Source: Reticulomyxa filosa
Lineage: Eukaryota; Protista; Foraminifera
Length of the DNA: 40,252 nt
NCBI GenBank assembly: GCA_000512085.1
Contig: ASPP01010825.1
Span: 1 to 40,252 of the forward strand
Reading direction: 5' to 3'
Shown here piece after piece: positions 38,131-40,252 of this stretch. Each line of letters starts with the position of its first letter. Position 1 is the first letter of the stretch. The position numbers and the translations under genes are program-made. The notes below the pieces were generated by a model that did not search any database, was not told the origin of the DNA, and was given only the letters and a program-made list of their open reading frames with translations.

Positions 38131-39549
38131 AAGAACCAAACACAGCTCCAAGATGTTGCTTTTTTACGTGTGGTCTCTCATGGCACGAGAGCAATCATTC
38201 AGGGACAAAGTTCCACTAATTGCGTCACTGCCAAAAAAATCTTTGTGCCCTTTTCATTTTGCTTATTTGATTATTTGGTTTGTTCTTTTTGTGGCTGTTT
38301 GTTTTCTTTTTGTGCAATTTGTTACATGTCTAAACATTTTTGTAGTTAAAAACGCACAACCCAATTTTTCCACTTAAAAATAAAAAAGATTGTTTAGAAT
38401 AACGAAAGACATATTTTAGATCTTTTTAGAGGTTACTTGGTCGGGCATAATCAATACTTTTCAAGTCATCCATCATTCCACGTGAGACAAGATACTTCAA
38501 ACAAAAAAAATCATACAAATCCTTTGGTTTAAAACAAAAAAATGTAACATAATTTTCAAATTGATAGTTTTTTATTGTTGTAGGACAATCACTACAAGCT
38601 ACCAAGGTAGGAAGTGACTTGAATGTTTTTTTGAGAAAGTGGCGAAGGAAAAGTTTTAGTGACAAACTTTTTGTTTTCTTTTTTATTCATTTTTGTTTTA
38701 CTCGAAGTTAATTTATATCAATTAAGTCGAAATCAATCTAAATACGTTTGTTACACGGTGTTATTGAACGAAGCATAAGACGTTTGCAAGAACAACACAG
38801 GAACGAAGTAACTATAATACGTTAAGCACAATATCAAGTAGTGATTAGATGTGTGTTGGGAAGGTGAAATATAATATAGTCAAGATCGACATATAAACAA
38901 GTAGATAAAAACAACAACGTGAATCTTATGATAGAAGATAAAATTTGGATGAACTAATATAGTTTTATGACTTGAATTAAAAATGGGTCAAAGCATAATT
39001 TAATTGATTTTGTTTTCGATATGTAAGTATGAATATCAACGTTAGAAGATAAAGTTCTTAGTATGGAGCAAATTTAACAATAATTATAATATATATATTT
39101 AAGATATGTTTTATCATAATATTTGTCTATTGAAGTACAATAATGATCAAAAAATAGATAACTTTAACGATATGATCGATTAAAATTTCGAAATTATATT
39201 ACATAAAAGACATTTTTTTAATTACAATTTATAACAAGTAACGAAAAATGTACGTAAGATATTTTATTACATTAAGACAAAAAAAATTTTTCAATTAAAT
39301 TAGAATCACATAATGTAAAATTTACGAAAGAAATATAAAACAATAAGAATATATATCAATAGAAACATTTTTGGACATTTAACAGGAATTGTATAAAAAA
39401 TAATAATATTGTAAATATGACAGACATATTTAAAAACATAATGATGACATGTTATTTTATATAGAATTTATTTTAAAACAGGTTGAAAGACATCAATTAA
39501 ACTGGTATTAATTAAAAAAGAATTACATTCATTGGTATATTCAATTCAA

Positions 39550-40150
39550 ATGAAGTATCTTGGATTGTTACTTGATTTTTACATGACTCTTAGATATATA
39601 TCAAATACTTCAAATTTCGCTTCGTTAAATCTAATTGTGATTACTTTTTCTTACAATGCTCTTTTGACTTCTGATTCTGCAAATGTCACCTTTACAACTG
39701 GCATATTTTTAAATCTTTTCACTTAATATCTTTCATATCTAAGTTCATCATGTATCAACGGCTTATTGTGGTGATTCTCTTGTCAATACATTCTTCAATA
39801 AAATATAGCGATTTGCTCGGAGACACAATCTTGTCGAAATTTGAACAAAGGGTAATATTTTGTTTCTTCTTATGTTCAATACTTGTTGATTTGATTGTTG
39901 CTTTGTATTGAATTGATCTGCAATTACTTTTAATTTATCTATTTTCATTTGATTATGGAATTCAATTCTTTTTTTTTATTTTCTACAGCTTTCTGTTCTT
40001 GATTTAATTGTTCTTATGATAATCTACTCTTTGTTTTTTGTTTGTTCTTTCATATTTATTTTTATCTTGGTCTTGAATTTTTGATTGAATTGCGATCTTT
40101 TTGTTTGATTTCCACTGATGACCTTCTTTTACTTGCATTGTCAATCATTA
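39550..40150 (-). pseudogene. Decayed coding remnant, possibly a non-LTR retrotransposon ORF1 (gag-like) fragment
   Basis: Minus strand is A-rich with stop-interrupted protein-like text (MPVVKVTFAESEVKRAL*EKVITIRFNEAKFEVFD) reminiscent of the region before ORF1 zinc knuckles. No knuckle or reverse transcriptase is visible. Confidence 0.3.
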
Positions 40151-40221
40151 TTTCATATTGCTATTCAAATGGGGCTGTTTTTGATATATTATGATGCTAT
40201 GGTTGTCCGAAACTGTTGATG

Positions 40222-40250
40222 TCTGGTAATAACTACAGTTAATTACCAGA
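40222..40250. repeat. Inverted repeat (hairpin)
   Basis: TCTGGTAATAACT-AC-AGTTAATTACCAGA: 13-bp arms with one bulged A. Confidence 0.75.
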
Positions 40251-40252
40251 TG

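Noticed and set aside
1-40252. Alternative genetic code (stop reassignment)
   Set aside because: Stops fall within introns or after frameshifts, and TAA and TGA terminate genes normally.

Overview
AT-rich, gene-dense eukaryotic nuclear DNA with short (about 60-145 nt) GT-AG introns. Intron style and gene content suggest a protist, possibly a foraminiferan such as Reticulomyxa (inference only). The first 17.8 kb encode a 5'-truncated giant RNF213/mysterin-like AAA+ protein: 29 introns reconstructed by hand, about 5,000 codons in the window. It keeps both active ATPase modules but has two SAM-like insertions, no recognisable RING, and an RZ finger that retains its zinc ligands while lacking the catalytic Cys/His. 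Downstream lie a DUF445-like membrane protein, DPH7, a divergent histone H2B, an LRR multi-pass receptor-like protein, mitochondrial-type bL36, a degenerate Nudix fused to an eIF2B-alpha/R15P-isomerase-like domain, a myristoylated fascin-like protein, an APC permease with a large loop insertion, a BTB-BACK protein and an AT-rich tail with a possible decayed retroelement fragment. Introns show an unusual grammar: GTT donors, frequent AAG acceptors preceded by poly-A, and T-rich 5' halves. Several single-base frameshifts are most likely homopolymer sequencing errors.
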